Below, one piece after another: positions 43,390-57,518 of a stretch of DNA of 64,000 nt. Under the pieces are notes generated by a model. The model made no database searches, had not been told where the DNA came from, and saw nothing but the letters and a program-made list of their open reading frames with translations. A program made the translations under genes and the position numbers. Origin of the DNA: Eledone cirrhosa (Eukaryota). The stretch's first letter is position 1. Each line of letters opens with the position of its first letter. The stretch covers positions 349,680,001-349,744,000 of the forward strand of contig OZ024741.1 in assembly GCA_964016885.1 (NCBI GenBank), written 5' to 3'.

Positions 43390-46300
43390 TCAACGCGATC
43401 AGTCGCATATTTTGGCGTGGGAGACTATTTATTAAATTTAAGATGAATACTATCTCCGACAGTAATGCCACAACTACCAGTCATGTTGAATAACTGGTTA
43501 TTCTTCTAACTATATCTTCTGAAGACACCTTTGATTTGAATTCGTAGAGATATCCGACTAAATACAGAATTCATTTTACAAGGATTTGCTACAAACAGCA
43601 TGGCTGAACACAACATCAACAACAAAATTAAGGAAGTATCGAAGACAAACAAAAAGAAAGGTAAACAAACTTTATTCAGTTGTAGCTATAGAAGAAACCG
43701 AAATTATAAATCGCATTTCTCTTGCAGTTGCGAACTTAATAATGATTTATTTAATTGTTATAAAATGGCAAAAAACAATCTCTCCATTGGCTATATGAAC
43801 AGAATGTAGCTACACTGGGACGAAATACACCCAGAGCTAAATTATTTCACAGCGAAACAATTACGCCAACAAGCGACGTTTGTTGAACGTAAAAATAAGA
43901 TAAATAGTATTAATTGTAAGTCCCCCTCAACAAACATGGGATCAACAACACGTGCTACAGGTCGCCATGCTACTAGACTTCCTAGCAGCCAGGTCGAAAA
44001 ACGCCTTGAAACAACTATGCCTGTAAGAAACTTGACACCACCTGTACCATCTAAGTCTACCTCGAATGCTGGGGAAAACACTATCGATAATAATAATAAT
44101 CGAAGAAATTTGACACCACGTGTACCATCCGAGTCTACCTCGACTGTTGTGGAAAATACTATCGATAATGATAATAATCAAAAGTATAAACAATTGAAAA
44201 TTTCCCTCAACGAAATCTTCCAGAGAGAAATTAATTCATGTATAAATATCTCTCTTGCTGAACGTATTAAAACGACAATGTTTAATAAATAAAAAACAAA
44301 ACAAATAATGAAATATTACGTGTTATTGACGAAATAGGGAATGAATATTTACGACGGATAAAAACCCCAACATTTTGGCAAATCAACGCCTGTTTATATG
44401 CCTTAGTAACGAGAGTGAAGCATTATCTTGGTGACAGCAGAGATATTAACAAGAACAGAACACCACCAAAAATACCATCATACATAACTAAAATAGAAAA
44501 AAAGATTGCTGAAACCATAGGATATGTGACAATGCTCCTTACATGCAAACAAACACAAAAAAACCCCTCACTCCTCACCAACAAAGAGTGAACAATAAAA
44601 TAGAGACGATGTTTGGTAACAGTAGAACCAGAACTCTTCAATATAAGCTGATTACCGTCAAACAAGAATTGAGAGCTGTTAGTGAAAAACGCTGATACCT
44701 GAAGAAGGTAGATGAAAGAAAAGTGCTTAATAAAAGATTCAGACGTAACCAAACATCAGTCTATAGAGATATGAAGAAGAAAATAATAAGTGTCACTGAG
44801 TGCCCATCCCAGAAAGACATAGATTCCTTTTGGAGCAAAATATGGGGTGAAAAGAAGAATTTCAACCAAGATGCAGTGTGGCTAAGAGAAATACGAAAGA
44901 ACTATTGCTCCTACGCTACAACAAAAACATACGAAATAAGTGAGGGTACCATTGAGACTGTGATAGGAAAACTCCCAGGTAAGAAAACACCAGGAAGAGA
45001 CATGATTGTCGGCTACTGGTACAAAAAACTGATATTCTATCGGAGGTATCTTACTGACCTCTACCAACAAGTTCTTAAGGGAGATACACTTATACCAGAA
45101 TGGTTGACATTAGCACAAACATTACTAGTCCCCAAGAACAAAGACACCCACTTGGCAAAAAACTACCGACCCATTGCATGCCAGAACCTGATGTATAAGA
45201 TGTATACAGCCTGCCTGAACCTATTCCTCCAAGATCACTGTGAAAATAATAACATCATCACAGATGAACAAGCAGCTGGAAAGAAAGGGGTTTGGGGATG
45301 TGCTGAAAAACTCCTAATCAAAAAACTGCGATGTCGGAGGTGCGACAACTTACGAAGAATATGGCTACAGTCTGGACTACAGAAAAGCTTTCGATTCTGT
45401 TCCCCACTCTTGGATTATAGAGGCCCTCCAACTTGCTAAAGTCCCAGACATTATTGTCAGAGCCATAGAGAGGCTGTCTTCTTCTTGGGCTACTATCCTA
45501 AAGTTAAAGACAGAGAGGGAGGACTCTATTTTCACTGATAAAATAAAATATCGCAGGGGTATATTTCAGGGGGACAGTCTCTCTGTGATATTATTCATCT
45601 TGCCATTAAACCCCTTGTCCTTTCTGCTCAAGAAATGTGAGGGATACATCATTGGCTCACAGGAGGACAGAAATATGAACCTAACCCATAATTTCTTCTG
45701 AAATTTCGATCTGAAACTCTATGCCAAGAACACGAATGGGAATAAGAAAAATCTTGACCTGGTTACAACGTTCTCAAGGGATATAGGAATGGAGTTTGGC
45801 CAAGATAAATGCTCATACATGACTGTAAAGCGGGGAAAAACAACAACCCAATCTAGCGGCATTATCATCAATGGCCTAACTGTTTCACCGATATCTGATG
45901 AGGACTGCTACAGATACATGGGGATAGATGAGAACATATCCTATAATGGTATCTGTATTAAGGAACGCGTAACCAGGGAATACTACACCCGATTAAGAAA
46001 GATTTGGTCATCGGAACTCTCTGCGCAAAACAAAACAGTGTCTCACAATGTGTTTGCTGTGTCCTAACACCAACGTTTGGAATACTCAATTGGACGATAG
46101 ACGAAATCCGAACAGGTGATGTTGGAACTCGAAAAATACTAAACAACACCGGAAACTTCCACATCTACAGTGACATAGACCGCCTTTACTTGAAACGTAA
46201 GCAGGGAGGCAGAGGCCTAACATCAGTCCAGACAGCATTTGAATGTCGCATCATATCTCTCCGACAACATCTACGAACCTCGAAGCGTAGGAGCCCGTCT

Positions 46301-47482
46301 CTCGAGCAAGTCTATCTTCATGAAACAGATAAGATCATGAGAGTTGGGAAGGAACTCCTCGAGAGATATTCCCCGTGTGATAATCAAAAACTCACACCCA
46401 GGGATGTTGCTCAGCAGTATCGCAGTGAATCCATGGATGAAAAACTGCATGCTTATCAGCAAAAAATCATGCATGGATATGTTGCCAGGAAGCTCCAGAG
46501 TGAGAGTAATATAGATAAGGAAAGTAGTCTATCTTGGACCAACAACCGCTATATTGGCACCCACTTTGAAGGATACGCTTTTGCAATCCAAGAACAGGAG
46601 ATTAACACGAAATACCTGATTCATAAAAGAGATAGGGATGCAGGCGAAACACCTAGATGTGATAACAAGTGCAGACTGCAGAACTAACATCGAGGATATC
46701 ACCCATGTCATCAGCAGCTGCCCAAAGATGTCATCGCGGTACTATCTACCTATGAGGCATGATGTAGTGACCAAAACACTGTACAATGCAGTTCGTAAAA
46801 AGATAGCCCGATAATAAACACATTAAGAGCTACAGTAATGTGAAAGACATCCATGTACATAATATGAAAGAGTACTGGTGGAATGTTCCAGTAAAAAACC
46901 CAATAAAATGCAGGCATAACAGACCAGATATTATGATATGGGATAGGGAGAAGAAAACATGCACAGTAGTGGAAATTAGCTGCCCAGCAGATGCCAATAT
47001 AATATCAAAGATTAGCGAAAAGGACAATATTTATGCAGAACTGATAAGAAATCTGCAGATACTCCACCCTGATTACACCTTCAGATTTGTGCCTTTGATT
47101 ATTGGGGCACTGGGATATGTTAGTAACTGCCTCAATACAAATCTTGAGAAGCTAGGCTTTACAGGAACAGGAAGAACACAACTAGTTAGGAAATTACAAG
47201 TACAATCCATTAATGGAACAGTAAAAATATGTAAAACATTCCAAAAATTTTGCATCTAATAACTGCATATACACATGTACAGATACAAAGCATATACACA
47301 TGCACACATACAACTCAAAACATACACATCCACACATACAATAACATCCATATCTACACATGCATGCATACATAATCTACCTAGTTGATGTTGTGTAAAT
47401 TCCAATGAGAGTGTCTTGTGTCTCTGTTAGAAACCGACTCTCTCTCCATTGGTAAAAATTTGTGAAATTATATAACCAGTAC
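43390..47482 (+). mobile_element. R4/Dong-like RLE non-LTR retrotransposon, near full length, frameshifted
   Basis: PGRDMI, NYRPIAC, GIFQGDSLS, MEFGQDKC, YRYMG, DIDRLYLKRKQGGRGL, CRL..EDITHVISSC, RHD, HNRPDI, VEISCP; 3' end joins (CATA)n. Confidence 0.9.
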
Positions 47483-47494
47483 ATACATAAACAC

Positions 47495-48105
47495 ATGGTG
47501 GCTGCCAACTCGTTTTCAAGTACGGCCACTACTTTATATCCATATAGGAGAACCCCGACCGATGCGCTGAACGAGTGTGACTTTTTAGTCCAGCCAGCGA
47601 CTTGAAAACTCTGGTACAAACACTACACTTGTGACAATTATTGACACATAGTGCTGGGCCCATGGTACCATGTGACAACAAGTGCAGAGAGAGATCTCCA
47701 GATATAAAGCAATGCCTGTGCCGTGAAGCTTTTATAGTGAGCAAAAGCACTGCACAAAGCCAGTCCCACTCTCTTAACCAAGATGATATTTACCAAAAAG
47801 AAGAACAAGTCAACATCATTGGATACCATCAGAATTATAGGTGTTATATCACAGCTTTCCTTCTCGTAGAATTCTGCCTTGACAAAGGCTAAGGGGTCAT
47901 CTCTCCCGGTGATTTTCGATGGCCATTGACTCTTAAGAGCTCCTTTGCCCTTTGACAGGTTTTGTTTTTAGTCCTGCAGGATGTCCAAAGTCACCCTCCT
48001 CACCAAGAAACCTTGGTGGGGTTGCCAGTTTAGTCGCCAACGACCCGACCATGAGACAGGTTGTACTGGGATACATGTTACCAGTAGCACCAACTGGTGA
48101 CCTGA
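47495..48105 (-). mobile_element. Non-autonomous RTE-derived element, longest copy (~610 bp)
   Basis: 3' part encodes C2H2 finger CSVCTRVFKSLAGLKSHTRSAH followed by a short UTR and (ATGT)n; 5' part resembles an RTE 5' UTR; no RT. Confidence 0.7.
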
Positions 48106-48124
48106 CATACACACATACATACAT

Positions 48125-48250
48125 ACAAATTTTTCAAAATTTTTCAAAATATTCTTGCGGTGAAGGGATGACAATTTCTTTTCTTTTACAACCTTGCTAC
48201 CAGGAAGGTGGCCGGTCAAAAATGTACTCGAAATTAAGAGAAAGAGAAAC
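48125..48250 (+). mobile_element. R4/Dong-like 3' tip
   Basis: Matches 42460-42582, followed by (CATA)n. Confidence 0.8.
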
Positions 48251-48372
48251 ATACATACATGCATGTATGCATGCATACATATACATTTATACATACATAC
48301 ATACATAAATACATACATACATACATACATACATACATACATACATACATACATACATACATACATACATAC

Positions 48373-48677
48373 ATGGTGGCTGCCAACTCGTTTTCGAGTA
48401 CGGCCACTACTTTATATCCATGTAGGAGAACCCCTAACGATGCGCTGAACAAGTGTGACTTTTTAGTCCAGCCAGCGACTTGAAAACTCTGGTCCAAACA
48501 CTACACTTGTGACAATTATTGACACATAGTGCTGGGCCTATGGCACCATATGACGACAAGTGCAGAGAGATCTCCAGATATAAAGCAATGCCTGTGCCGT
48601 GAAGCTTTTATAGTGAGCAACGGCACTGCACAAAGCCAGTCCCACTCTCTTAACCAAGATGATATTTACCAAAAAGA
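48373..48677 (-). mobile_element. Non-autonomous RTE-derived element, 5'-truncated copy 3
   Basis: Matches 41636-41940; flanked by (CATA)n on both sides. Confidence 0.8.
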
Positions 48678-49320
48678 TACATACATACATACATACATAC
48701 ATACATACATACATACATACATACATACATACATACATACTCATATGAGGTGGTATTTAAACCTAGCCTAAAGCAACAACAAATTCATAAACCACAAAAT
48801 AAAAATCCTCATCAGCAAAAACAACAACAGCAACAACAATCTCAAAACTATCCTCAAAAACAACAACAACAGCAGCAGCAATAACAACAAGAATCGTTTC
48901 TTTAATAGGTTGCAGTATCCAGAGACATTCTGTCTCGCTTGTTCTGCAAGAATAAGTTTTATGGCGCTACGGAACGTTGGTAAACTTTCTTACTACTCGT
49001 TACCCCTTTCCTATCTCCTCCTCTTCCTCCTCCTCCTCCTCCTCCGCCTCCCCCCTCTACCGTCTATCACCTTTTCTCATTTTTCTGTTTCTCTCATTCT
49101 TTCTTTGTTTTCGTTTGTTATTGTTATTTCTTCTCTCTCTCTCTCTTTCTCTCTCTCACACACACACACAAATGTTCTCTCCCTCTCTCTACCTCTTTCT
49201 CTCCCTCTTTCTCATTCTCCCTCTTTCTTTCTCTCTCTCTCTTTGAATATATATATATATATATATACATGTATATATATATATATATATATGTGTTTGT
49301 GTGTGTACATATTTGTGTTC

Positions 49321-49357
<37 letters not shown>

Positions 49358-50000
49358 CACACACACGGTGTATATATATGATTCTTTTTATTATCTTAGT
49401 TTGCACTGCGAGACATTGCATTCATCAGCTGTCCATTGGCCGTCACAATTATTTCGACATATTTCGATATTATCGCTCGTTCCAGCCGTACCAAACAGGA
49501 TTGATGCTGCTACTAGGGAATGTCCGGGTTATTTTGGCTCACAATATAGCATGACTTTTTTTCTCCTGTTATCTAAACAAGCACCACAGGCGCGACAACC
49601 ACCAAAGGCACCTCACTTTTTAGTTTTACTCTTTGCTGGGATTTTGTTTCTAATTTCTTTGGTTATTTCTTTCTCTCAAGTACACTCCTCACCCCGTATA
49701 CCTGTGATGTAGCATTCACTGCTATCCTCATTTGATTTTAACCTTTTGTGGAAAACAGGACTTAGCTTGTTTTTAACTTTCATTCCATTGCCATGGCTAC
49801 ATTACTGTTTTAGTGAATGATAAATGATTCACAATACCTCGTTACGCCATCTGAAATATTCTGTAAGGAATGAGTTTTATGCTGCCAAAATAAGTCACAA
49901 TAAGACAAATGACAACTAGTGTTGTCGCAACAGTCCCGCTGGCTAATGTTAACCGTGAATGAGTGCACAGCGTACACCGCTCTTTGGAGGAATCACGATA

Positions 50001-50198
50001 TATGGGTGGGCCAGAATTTATGGCTCACTTGATTATTTATAGATCTATTAACACAAAATGTCATAAAACAAAGGAATATAATACCATATACAGGCATAAG
50101 ATCATGAACAATACAACAATACAATACAACAATACAATAACAATAAAATAAGCATGTTAAGAAATACAAGCGAGTTATGAATTCTGGCCCACACTCTA
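50001..50198. mobile_element. Tc1/mariner-like MITE
   Basis: Imperfect TIRs GGGTGGGCCAGAATTTATGGCTCACTTG / CAAGCGAGTTATGAATTCTGGCCCACAC with TA flanks. Confidence 0.6.
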
Positions 50199-50722
50199 TA
50201 TTTATAACGATGTATGATTGTTTCCTTTGCACTCTCTCCTATACTTCTTTCCTGCTTTAGTCGCATAAAGTTGGTCTTCAATCACGATATCTTACTCACG
50301 TTAGTTATTCTGCCTATATGTTTAGTCTTTTCAGTGTCAGTCCCAAACAGGTTTATGTGTTCTGTACAGCATCTATTGTTTCTTTCATTTCCAGAGTTGT
50401 CTCAGTCTCTATAACAGCTTTTTTATGCTCCATTTCATGCCCTTTAAAACTATGGAGTTCACTGAAACCCGTACTATCATGTAATAGGGGGGTTTCACTA
50501 CTTTAAGTTCGTGTTCTTTCGCAGTTGTACTATACCACATGATGAGAGAATAATTTACTTTTAGGAGAACATATTATCCCATTTTTCTATTCTTTATAGT
50601 TAACTGAATTACATGTATTTGGAGTTCTCCTCAGAACCTCAGCAAAACATCAAGTTCACAACACCTTGAACTTCCCTATCAAACAATAGTAGTCAATGGA
50701 TGTTTGTCGCTGTACCAATATA

Positions 50723-50755
<33 letters not shown>

Positions 50756-50887
50756 CCAGGCAGTATAACGTCAAGTTAGTGTAGGTTCACCCATGTGAAT
50801 ACTCGGTCAGTGGCGAGATGTAGAGCTAAACAGAGTGTAATATAATAATACGCGTCACCAATCAATAAACGTAATCAAGCCTTGTAT

Positions 50888-50929
<42 letters not shown>

Positions 50930-50933
<4 letters not shown>

Positions 50934-51225
50934 TCGCATCTCACAACAATAATACTTATTATTTCGCCTCAATTGGCCCTGCTCTCTTTAACATTATACC
51001 AAAACACACCCAAACAGAAACAGACTCCATCAAGTTCAAGAAGTCTTTGGACAAATTCCTTCAAGAAATCCCGGATAAGCCTCCTACATCCGGATATGCC
51101 TCCGTAAACAATAGCTCTCTGCTCGAGTGGGCATGGTGCCCAAACCCTGATTTGTAAGGTCGTGCTATTAAGTTAGACATGGCCTGGGCCAATACTGGCC
51201 GAAACCTATTAAGTTATCAAAGTTA
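50930..51225 (+). mobile_element. CR1/L2-group LINE 3' end
   Basis: FASIGPALFNIIP...KFKKSLDKFLQEIPDKP then 3' UTR; flanked by (TA)n. Confidence 0.75.
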
Positions 51226-51310
51226 TATATATATATATATGAGAGACGTAAAATATATATATATATATATATATATGAGAGACGTAAAATATATATATAT
51301 ATATATATAT

Positions 51311-52122
51311 ATGAGAGACGTAAAATAAGAAAATTATAAAATTAACTTACTTACTAAAATATCACTTCCAACTAATTAGTTTCTTCGGAAAATATATTTA
51401 TTCCATTCCAGAAACTAATTAGTTGGAAGTGATATTTTAGTAAGTAAGTTAATTTTATAATTTTCTTATTTTACATCTCTCATATTATTGTTCTGCAACC
51501 CCATGCATTGAACCACAAAGTTACTAAGACAAAACCTATATATTTGCTAGCATTGATATGCATCTGTATGTATATATATGTTACTAGATATTAATTCTTT
51601 ATAATTATCTCCAAATTATTTGTCGAGCAATATTGGCCATGACTGCTGCTATGGTAGCAGGCCGCTGTCTTATTAGCAAACCACTTTCCACTGATTGACC
51701 TCGATGTCACGTGATTGATTCTTTTTGAATTTGCCACCGACGCAGAGGCAGTGATTTTCTCAATGGCTAGGAATTCAGTCCACGCTTTGCTATTTCCTAT
51801 CCACTGAATTATTTTTTAATAAGTTTCCAGTGTCCACGCTTTGCCTGGATACTTAGATGAGAATAGACCTCCCTGACGACGGAATGCTTCTCTGTATCTT
51901 CTTCGGAAAATATATTTATTCCATTCCAGAAACTAATTAGTTGGAAATGATATTTTAGTAAGTAAGTTAATTTTATAATTTTCTTATTTTACGTCTCTCA
52001 TATTATTGTTCTGCAACCCCATGCATTGAACCACAAAGTTACTAAGACAAAACCTATATATTTGCTAGCATTGATATGCATCTGTATGTATATATATGTT
52101 ACTAGATATTAATTCTTTATAT
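51311..52122 (+). mobile_element. Non-coding HHR element: ~1.4 tandem units of 518 nt plus inverted 5' duplication
   Basis: 51382-51603 repeats at 51900-52121; 51311-51384 is the reverse complement of 51410-51483; (TA)n on both sides. Confidence 0.85.
51867..51948 (+). ncRNA. Type-I hammerhead ribozyme with palindromic stem III
   Basis: acCUCC-CUGACGA-cGGAAUG...CAUUCCa-GAAA-CUAAUUAG-UU-GGAa. Confidence 0.75.
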
Positions 52123-52140
52123 ATATATATATATATATAT

Positions 52141-52701
52141 ATTAGAATTGGAGCTCTGAAATAGCAATATATATATGGATGTATATATAATGTATTTTGC
52201 AATACACTTTATGCTTAATTAAAAGCATTTTGAAGATCGTATGCTATTGTTTTAGAGTAGTGACAAATTCACTTACTTTAATCTCAGCAAACAGGGGAGA
52301 TAAGCCGACAAGGGCCTTGTTTCGCTTTTGTTGAAGCTTATCAAGGCTAACTACCCCTCCTGTCTACTGAGATTACTGATGTTATATTCTTATAGAATTC
52401 TAGTAAATAATCAGGAGCTGATTATACAGAGCGATTGTTGGTCAGGCAGAAATTAAAAATTAGAATTGGAGCTCTGCTAGAATTCTATAAGAATATAACA
52501 TCAGTAATCTCAGTAGACAGGAGGGGTAGTTAGCCTTGATAAGCTTCAACAAAAGCGAAACAAGGCCCTTGTCGGCTTATCTCCCCTGTTTGCTGAGATT
52601 AAAGTAAGTGAATTTGTCACTACTCTAAAACAATAGCATACAGTCTTCAAAATGCTTTTAATTAAGCATAAAGTATATTTCAAAATACATTATATATACA
52701 T

Positions 52702-52710
<9 letters not shown>
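52141..52710. mobile_element. Non-coding HHR element: 318-nt unit with 18-nt terminal overlap plus ~234-bp inverted arm
   Basis: ATTAGAATTGGAGCTCTG at 52141 and 52459; 52477-52710 is the reverse complement of ~52170-52403. Confidence 0.85.
52532..52577 (+). ncRNA. Hammerhead ribozyme, U3/A8 core variant (second copy at 52303-52348, minus)
   Basis: AGCC-UUGAUAA-GCUU-caacaa-AAGC-GAAA-CAAG-gcc-CUUG-UC-GGCU; all three stems perfectly paired, GUC site. Confidence 0.85.
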
Positions 52711-52775
<65 letters not shown>

Positions 52776-52912
52776 GGGATAACAAATTATTGTTATAGGC
52801 AGTCCACTTAGATGTAGTCCAGTTAGGGACTTATTGTATAGCAAACCTTATTGTATAGCAAACCGTGTCACTCTTCTTTCTTGATATATATATATACATA
52901 TATATATATATA

Positions 52913-53323
<411 letters not shown>

Positions 53324-53400
53324 TGTATGCGTGTGTGTGTGTATACACGGAACACGTACCACCTGTATTTATCTATCTATCTATCTATCTATCTACCTAC

Positions 53401-56400
53401 CTTTCGCCCACTATTAAAAATAGCAAAAAACTGAACCTAAAACTGATTAGGGTCCCTATACAAACTTATAGGTCCCTAAAAGAAACATTTGAGAAGGATG
53501 TGGGGAATTCCTGCGTGAAACCACTCAACCGCGTCCTTCTCAAATGTCTCCCCACTCCAGACACCCCCATCCCACCAGACCCCACCCCACCAAACATCTC
53601 CGTCCCCACCCCGCCGGAAACCACCACCCATCCAGACAACCCCTCCAACACCCCCATGGAAATCGTGCGGCCTGGTCCCCAGAAGACGAAGGGTGAGTGA
53701 TCTCTTTTCCTCTTTTAACTTTTCAGCACCAACATGGCCAATATAAGAGTTGGATGTGTGAACGTACGCGGCCTGGAGATGCCCTGGAAACAGGGCAAAC
53801 TCTTAAACGGCCTCAGGTCGCACAGTATGGATGTGGTAGCCATTTGCGAGTCCAGGATCCACAGCGAGCGACAACTGGCCCCCATCTTCGATGACTTTGA
53901 GATCTACGCATCTCTCTGTCAACCGGGGGGTGGGGGCGGAGTTGCCGTTTTGCTGCGGAAACACCTGGGCCTCGTAACACAGACGGTACATCTGGACCTG
54001 GAGGGTCGACTGGTGGTCCTAGACGTTGACGGTAGTGAAGGTGGAGCCTTCAGGCTGGTGGCCGCATATGCCCCATCCGGGACACCGCGGCCAGACTTCT
54101 TCAAACGTCTAGAGACTTTTCTGGGAACGTCCCGCTCCTTGCTTTTAGTGGGGGACTGGAATGGAATCCTAGATGCACGTTGGGACTATGTGGGAGCATG
54201 TCCCGATAAAGGGGGGTGTAACAGCCTCAAACAGTTAATCGACCGATTTGACCTGGCCGATAGATATCGACTAGATTTTCCGACTGCGCCACTGTGGACG
54301 TGGAGTAATCGTAGCGGAACATCTAGATCGTACCTAGATAGGGTTCTAGTTAGAAATAAGGATAGGGACATGTGAAGCTGTCCACAAATGTTCATGGTTG
54401 CCTATTCAGATCACAAACTAGTGACCTGCATGGCCAACCTTGATAGAACCCATAGACAAGGACCCGGCTACTGGAAGCTGAACTTGTCGTTACCGACAAA
54501 CAAAGCCTACAGTAGACGGATTAGCACTTTAGTTAAACAGCACTTGACAGGGGCCATTGTCAACAACAGATGGTGGTACTCTCTCAAGAGGGCAGTTAGA
54601 TTAGACTCGATAGTTTTTAGTAAAGAATTAGCGTTAGATAGAAATAGAACCGAGAAGGAACTGGTAGATAAAGTAGAAGACGCAATTAGAAGTGGCAACG
54701 TAGCCAGCGTGCTAGCAACGAGAACGGCCTTGGACCAGTTCTTCGACGCAAAGCACGAGGGCTGCGTTGTCAGAAGCAAAATACGTGCTCTGGGAAACGA
54801 GGGAGCCAAAGCTGTTAGCTGGGCCCGAGTGACGGAGGCAAAAAGTGGCAACAAGTCTACGATTCGGTCTTTGAAGGACCAAAACGGACGCGTGATACGT
54901 GAGCCGAAGCAGATGTGTGCGGCTTTTCAGCGGCACTTTGTCAACTGTTGGGGGGGGGGGCGGGAGAGGCTATGGATTTCGGTCCATACCTCGACGGCCT
55001 GCCGCGACTCTCGGACAGCGAGGCAAAGTTCTGCGAAAAGCCTATTTCAGCCACTGAGATAGGGGACGCGCTGAGCCAATGCGGCAAACGCAAATCTCCA
55101 GGTCTCGACGGTCTACCCTACGAATTTTACGTAGCAATGCCGGACTTATTCTCCGGTCTCCCGGAAGCGGTCTACTGCAACTGGCAACAGAACGGGAGAA
55201 TTCCCAGTTCTGTAACCGGGGGCGTGGTCACACTAATCAGGAAGGACGAGAATAAGGGGGATGACATCGGCAACTTCCGGCCCATAACTTTGCTAAACAC
55301 AGAGTTACAGATTTTGGCCAAGGTGTTGGCAAAGAGGCTGGCGCTTGTCGTCGAGAACCTGGTGGGAGAAGCGCAGACATGCGCAATCCCGACCAGGTCC
55401 ATACACGACAACCTCCACCTCATGCGATACATCATAGAGAGGGTAGGGTGTAAACCCGGCTTCGGTGGGGCCCTGATCAACTTGGATCAGTCTAAGGCTT
55501 TCGATAGGGCTGACCATCGTTACCTGGATGCGGTGCTCGAGGCGGCAGGCTTCGGACCCGTGTCCAGGGGCTGGATTGCTGCAATTCACAACAGCAACAT
55601 CTGCTCAAGGGTCAAGGTGAACGGCTACCTCTCGGAGCCCTTCCATATTACGCGATCCATTCGACAGGGATGCCCTCTCTTCTCCCTTCTGTACGTACTG
55701 ACTCTCGAGCCCCTACTGCGGAAGTTGGAGCTATTGCAGGGCATCCCTCTGGAACCGGGACTGCGGAAAGCGGCGTCGGCCTACGCCGACGACGTGTCAG
55801 TAATGGTGTCGAGCGCCTCGCAAATCGAGGAAGTCGCCACCTTACTGAAGGAATACGAAAGTTTCACAGGAGCGAAGCTGAACCGGCCCAAGTCCATCGG
55901 TTTGCAACTCGGATCGTGGAGAGGCAAACCGATGCCTTCCGATGGCGTCGTCGGACGTTAGACGGAAGGACCGGTAAAGCTGCTCGGAGTCTGGTTTGGT
56001 CCGGACCTCCAGGTGGAGAAGAACTGGAACGAAGTGACGGCCAAGATGTTTGCACTCACCCAGAAATGGGCCGAGTGCAAACTATCCTTGAAAGGTCGAG
56101 CGGAGGTGGCGAACACTTTTATAGCGTCCGCCATCTACTACCGCTTGACCGTCGTGCCTTGTCCAGCCAAAACGCTCGCCAAAATGGAACGCGCGCTCTT
56201 CCGATTCCTTTGGAAGAGGCGGTCTCCTTTGGTGAGAAGATCCATCTGCTGCCAACACCCTTCTAACGACATGGGCGCCCGGGCAGGGACCCTGCAAAAA
56301 AGATCTGTCCGAGGTTCGTGCGAGACGAAGAAACCGTCGCGCACGCATTCATACACTGCCCGGGCGTCACTGACCTGTGGGGCTATGTAGAACGACTATT

Positions 56401-56962
56401 GTCGCGGGTGGGACCAATCCAGTTGACCACCGAGTCCATTGTCATGATCAAACCGCCACCCTCCTTCAAAAACGAAGGAGAGGCGGTTTTCCTTTGTGTG
56501 ATAGCTATGGCGAAAGAGGTTGTATGGTGGACAAGGTTGAAAGGGCTGAGGTCAGACACCTTTCTCTCCGGCCAACAATGATTCTTTTTTTCAAATACCA
56601 CTTTGGAAGAAGAATCAGGATGGAGAGAGAGGTGCTGTACCCCAGCAAGTTTTATGAAAGGTGGGTGAAAGTGGCGAGAATGGCCCGAGTGAATGGGCCT
56701 TCTCTCTATATCAGCCTGTAGGTTGAGGAAAAGGAGGAGGAGAGGAAAGGAGTACAAACTCTTCGTACTCCTGGAGATGAGGGTTGCACATTTTTTTTTC
56801 GGGGGTATGTATTACCCATATAAACTGTCTCCCTCTATTGGGGAAAATCGACTAACTTTTTAAATTCGATTTGTGATAACATTTTATACGTTTTTATTGT
56901 ATGTAAACTTCCCCGTTTGTATTTGTCCCCTTCTTTTGTGCCCCTGTGGCTAATAAAGAAAC
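53401..56962 (+). mobile_element. Second L1/Tx1-like LINE, 5'-truncated, decayed
   Basis: ORF1 end 53411-53700; ORF2 53734-56721 (NVRGL, GDWN, YLDRV, YSDHK, SPGLDG, RQGCP, YADD); deletion near 56265 relative to the first element; (CTAT)n on both flanks. Confidence 0.92.
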
Positions 56963-57124
56963 ATATCTATCTATCTACCTACCTATCTATCTATCTATCT
57001 ATCTGTTTGTTTGTCTATCTATCTACCAAACTAATTATCTATCTAGTTAGCTTCTTCGTATCTCTTCGCGTATCTTTCTTACTCTTTATTTGTCTGCCTG
57101 TCTCCCACTCATCTCTCTCCCATC

Positions 57125-57180
<56 letters not shown>

Positions 57181-57518
57181 TTCTCCCTCCCTCTTTCTCT
57201 CTCTAGCTTCCTTAATACCTTACCAAAATAGCCGTATGTCTCCTTGAGATAAACATGTCTTCAGATATGTTTGTGACAAACATTTAAATGTCCTCAAATT
57301 AACTGAAGCACTGAACAAGGGGGCGGTGAAGGGAAGTGAAGCACATGAGTAGAAAGAGAAGGGTGGGTGATTACTGTAAGGAAGGGATGGAGAAGGAGGA
57401 GGAGGAAGAAGAAGAAGAAGAAGAAGAAGAAGAAGAAGAAGAAGAAGAAGAAGAAGAAGAAGAAGAAGAAGAAGAAGAAGAAGAAGAAGAAGAAGAAGAA
57501 GAAGAAGAAGAAGAAGGG

